From assembly GCA_963729045.1 (NCBI GenBank), contig CAVSMN010000009.1:1-64000 (forward strand): a stretch of 64,000 bases of DNA, read 5' to 3'. Below the pieces are notes generated by a model. That model did no database searches, was not told where the DNA came from, and was given only the letters and a program-made list of their open reading frames with translations. Both the position numbers and the translations under genes were made by a program. Shown here piece after piece: positions 63,054-64,000 of this stretch. The stretch is from an uncultured Nitrososphaeraceae archaeon. GTDB lineage: Archaea; Thermoproteota; Nitrososphaeria; Nitrososphaerales; Nitrososphaeraceae. The stretch's first letter is position 1, and each line of letters opens with the position of its first letter.

Positions 63054-64000
63054 CTAATTTGCAGCTATTTCCCTCACACTAAGGTTCTTTATATCGACGT
63101 TTGAAGTTCCGTCCCATCGGAATGTAGCTACCGGACCTCCCCATGAAATCAATTCATCTGGACTTCCCCCACATCTATCACCGTCTTCACCGAATCCGCC
63201 GCTATCCGTATAACCAAACACTTTCTTCCATTGACCATTATTGTTTTCGTCGACCCAGTTTTCGAGTTTTACAGCAGGCTCACCATTTACGACAGTGTTA
63301 TACATGATAGCTTTATACCCTATCCATTTATCTTCGATAGAATCTATGTTTTTCTGGGCAGGTGTAAATGAGTAACCACCTGAATGCCATTGTTCTTTAG
63401 CAAAACGAGAACGTCCATCTTTGAACAAGCCTCCTTTGTAAGAGGTTCCTTCACAGGGTTCATCCGAGTTATGATGACCACCACGAGAATACCATGTTAA
63501 ATCAAAGTCAGAATCCGAAGCCGAATTTATCTTAACATATCCGGTCATTTCTATATTCCTCCAATCTTTTATGTCTTGCATGTATCCCTGGGCTGACAGT
63601 TCTTTTTGATCATATGTTTTAATAGCATCTTGGTGATATCCAGAACTAGTCATTACATTCATCCTAACCTTATCAGATGTTACCTTATATGATCCATCAG
63701 CATTTTTCTTCAATGTCAGTTTGGGATCAAACCTATTGTCAGAAGACGGGTTATTCATATTCATGAACCATTTTTCACCGTTTGGTTTGTCAGGATAAAT
63801 TTTCTTTATACCAAACACATCTGTTTGGTTACCTGTGCCTGTACCTGGGTCTGTTTGGTTACCTGGGTCTGTACCTGGGTCTGTTTGGGCTGTACCTGGG
63901 TCTGTACCTGGGTCTGTACCTGGGTCTGTACCTGGGTCTGTACCTGGGTCTGTTGAGGAAGGTTTAGAAAATGCTCGGATCTCAGAAATAGAAGCCCAAT
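63054..64000 (-). CDS. 5'-truncated secreted carbohydrate-active protein: end of a discoidin/CBM32-like domain, TDPG linker, beta-sandwich domain
   Basis: Frame open to the window end: WASISEIRAFSKPSS(TDPG)n..DVFGIKKIYP..KEQWH..FRWD. Confidence 0.75.
   Translation of the reverse strand, partial: WASISEIRAFSKPSSTDPGTDPGTDPGTDPGTDPGTAQTDPGTDPGNQTDPGTGTGNQTDVFGIKKIYPDKPNGEKWFMNMNNPSSDNRFDPKLTLKKNADGSYKVTSDKVRMNVMTSSGYHQDAIKTYDQKELSAQGYMQDIKDWRNIEMTGYVKINSASDSDFDLTWYSRGGHHNSDEPCEGTSYKGGLFKDGRSRFAKEQWHSGGYSFTPAQKNIDSIEDKWIGYKAIMYNTVVNGEPAVKLENWVDENNNGQWKKVFGYTDSGGFGEDGDRCGGSPDELISWGGPVATFRWDGTSNVDIKNLSVREIAAN
63822..63953 (-). repeat. 12-bp coding repeat ACAGACCCAGGT (TDPG) linker
   Basis: Read directly from the sequence. 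Confidence 0.92.

Noticed and set aside
63782..63967. YLGL-repeat ORF on the plus strand
   Set aside because: Antisense of the TDPG linker

Overview
AT-rich archaeal chromosome segment. Gene content (amt, NirK-type Cu nitrite reductase, topoisomerase VI, aIF2-gamma, S6e, AglB, cbiT/L/F, intron-containing tRNA-Lys, many N/T-rich secreted proteins) points to an ammonia-oxidising Nitrososphaeraceae archaeon, most like Ca. Nitrosocosmicus; this is inferred from family recognition, with no search run. 1-15 kb is largely accessory: a decayed island end with an integrase stub at tRNA-Lys, duplicated small secreted peptides and an HTH remnant. 15-43 kb is mostly core housekeeping. 43-58 kb covers metal, nitrogen and redox functions. 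Many genes, including conserved ones (top6B, nirK, XPD-like helicase), are broken by single-base insertions. These are probably consensus errors, so several ORF-track fragments belong to single genes. Best leads: (1) a probable AglB-cyclophilin fusion hidden by a 2-nt offset in a sequon-rich repeat linker; (2) a shared TTAGG-N4-CCTAA operator at the wHTH-dtxR and FTR1 promoters; (3) a glutamate racemase homologue with both catalytic Cys replaced by Ser, upstream of an orphan hydantoinase/oxoprolinase A subunit; (4) two remnants of one HTH family that both carry a TTTGACCRTC motif upstream, once as a phased 7 x 11-bp array; (5) tandem Q/N/G-rich secreted peptides. No CRISPR array or rRNA was seen.
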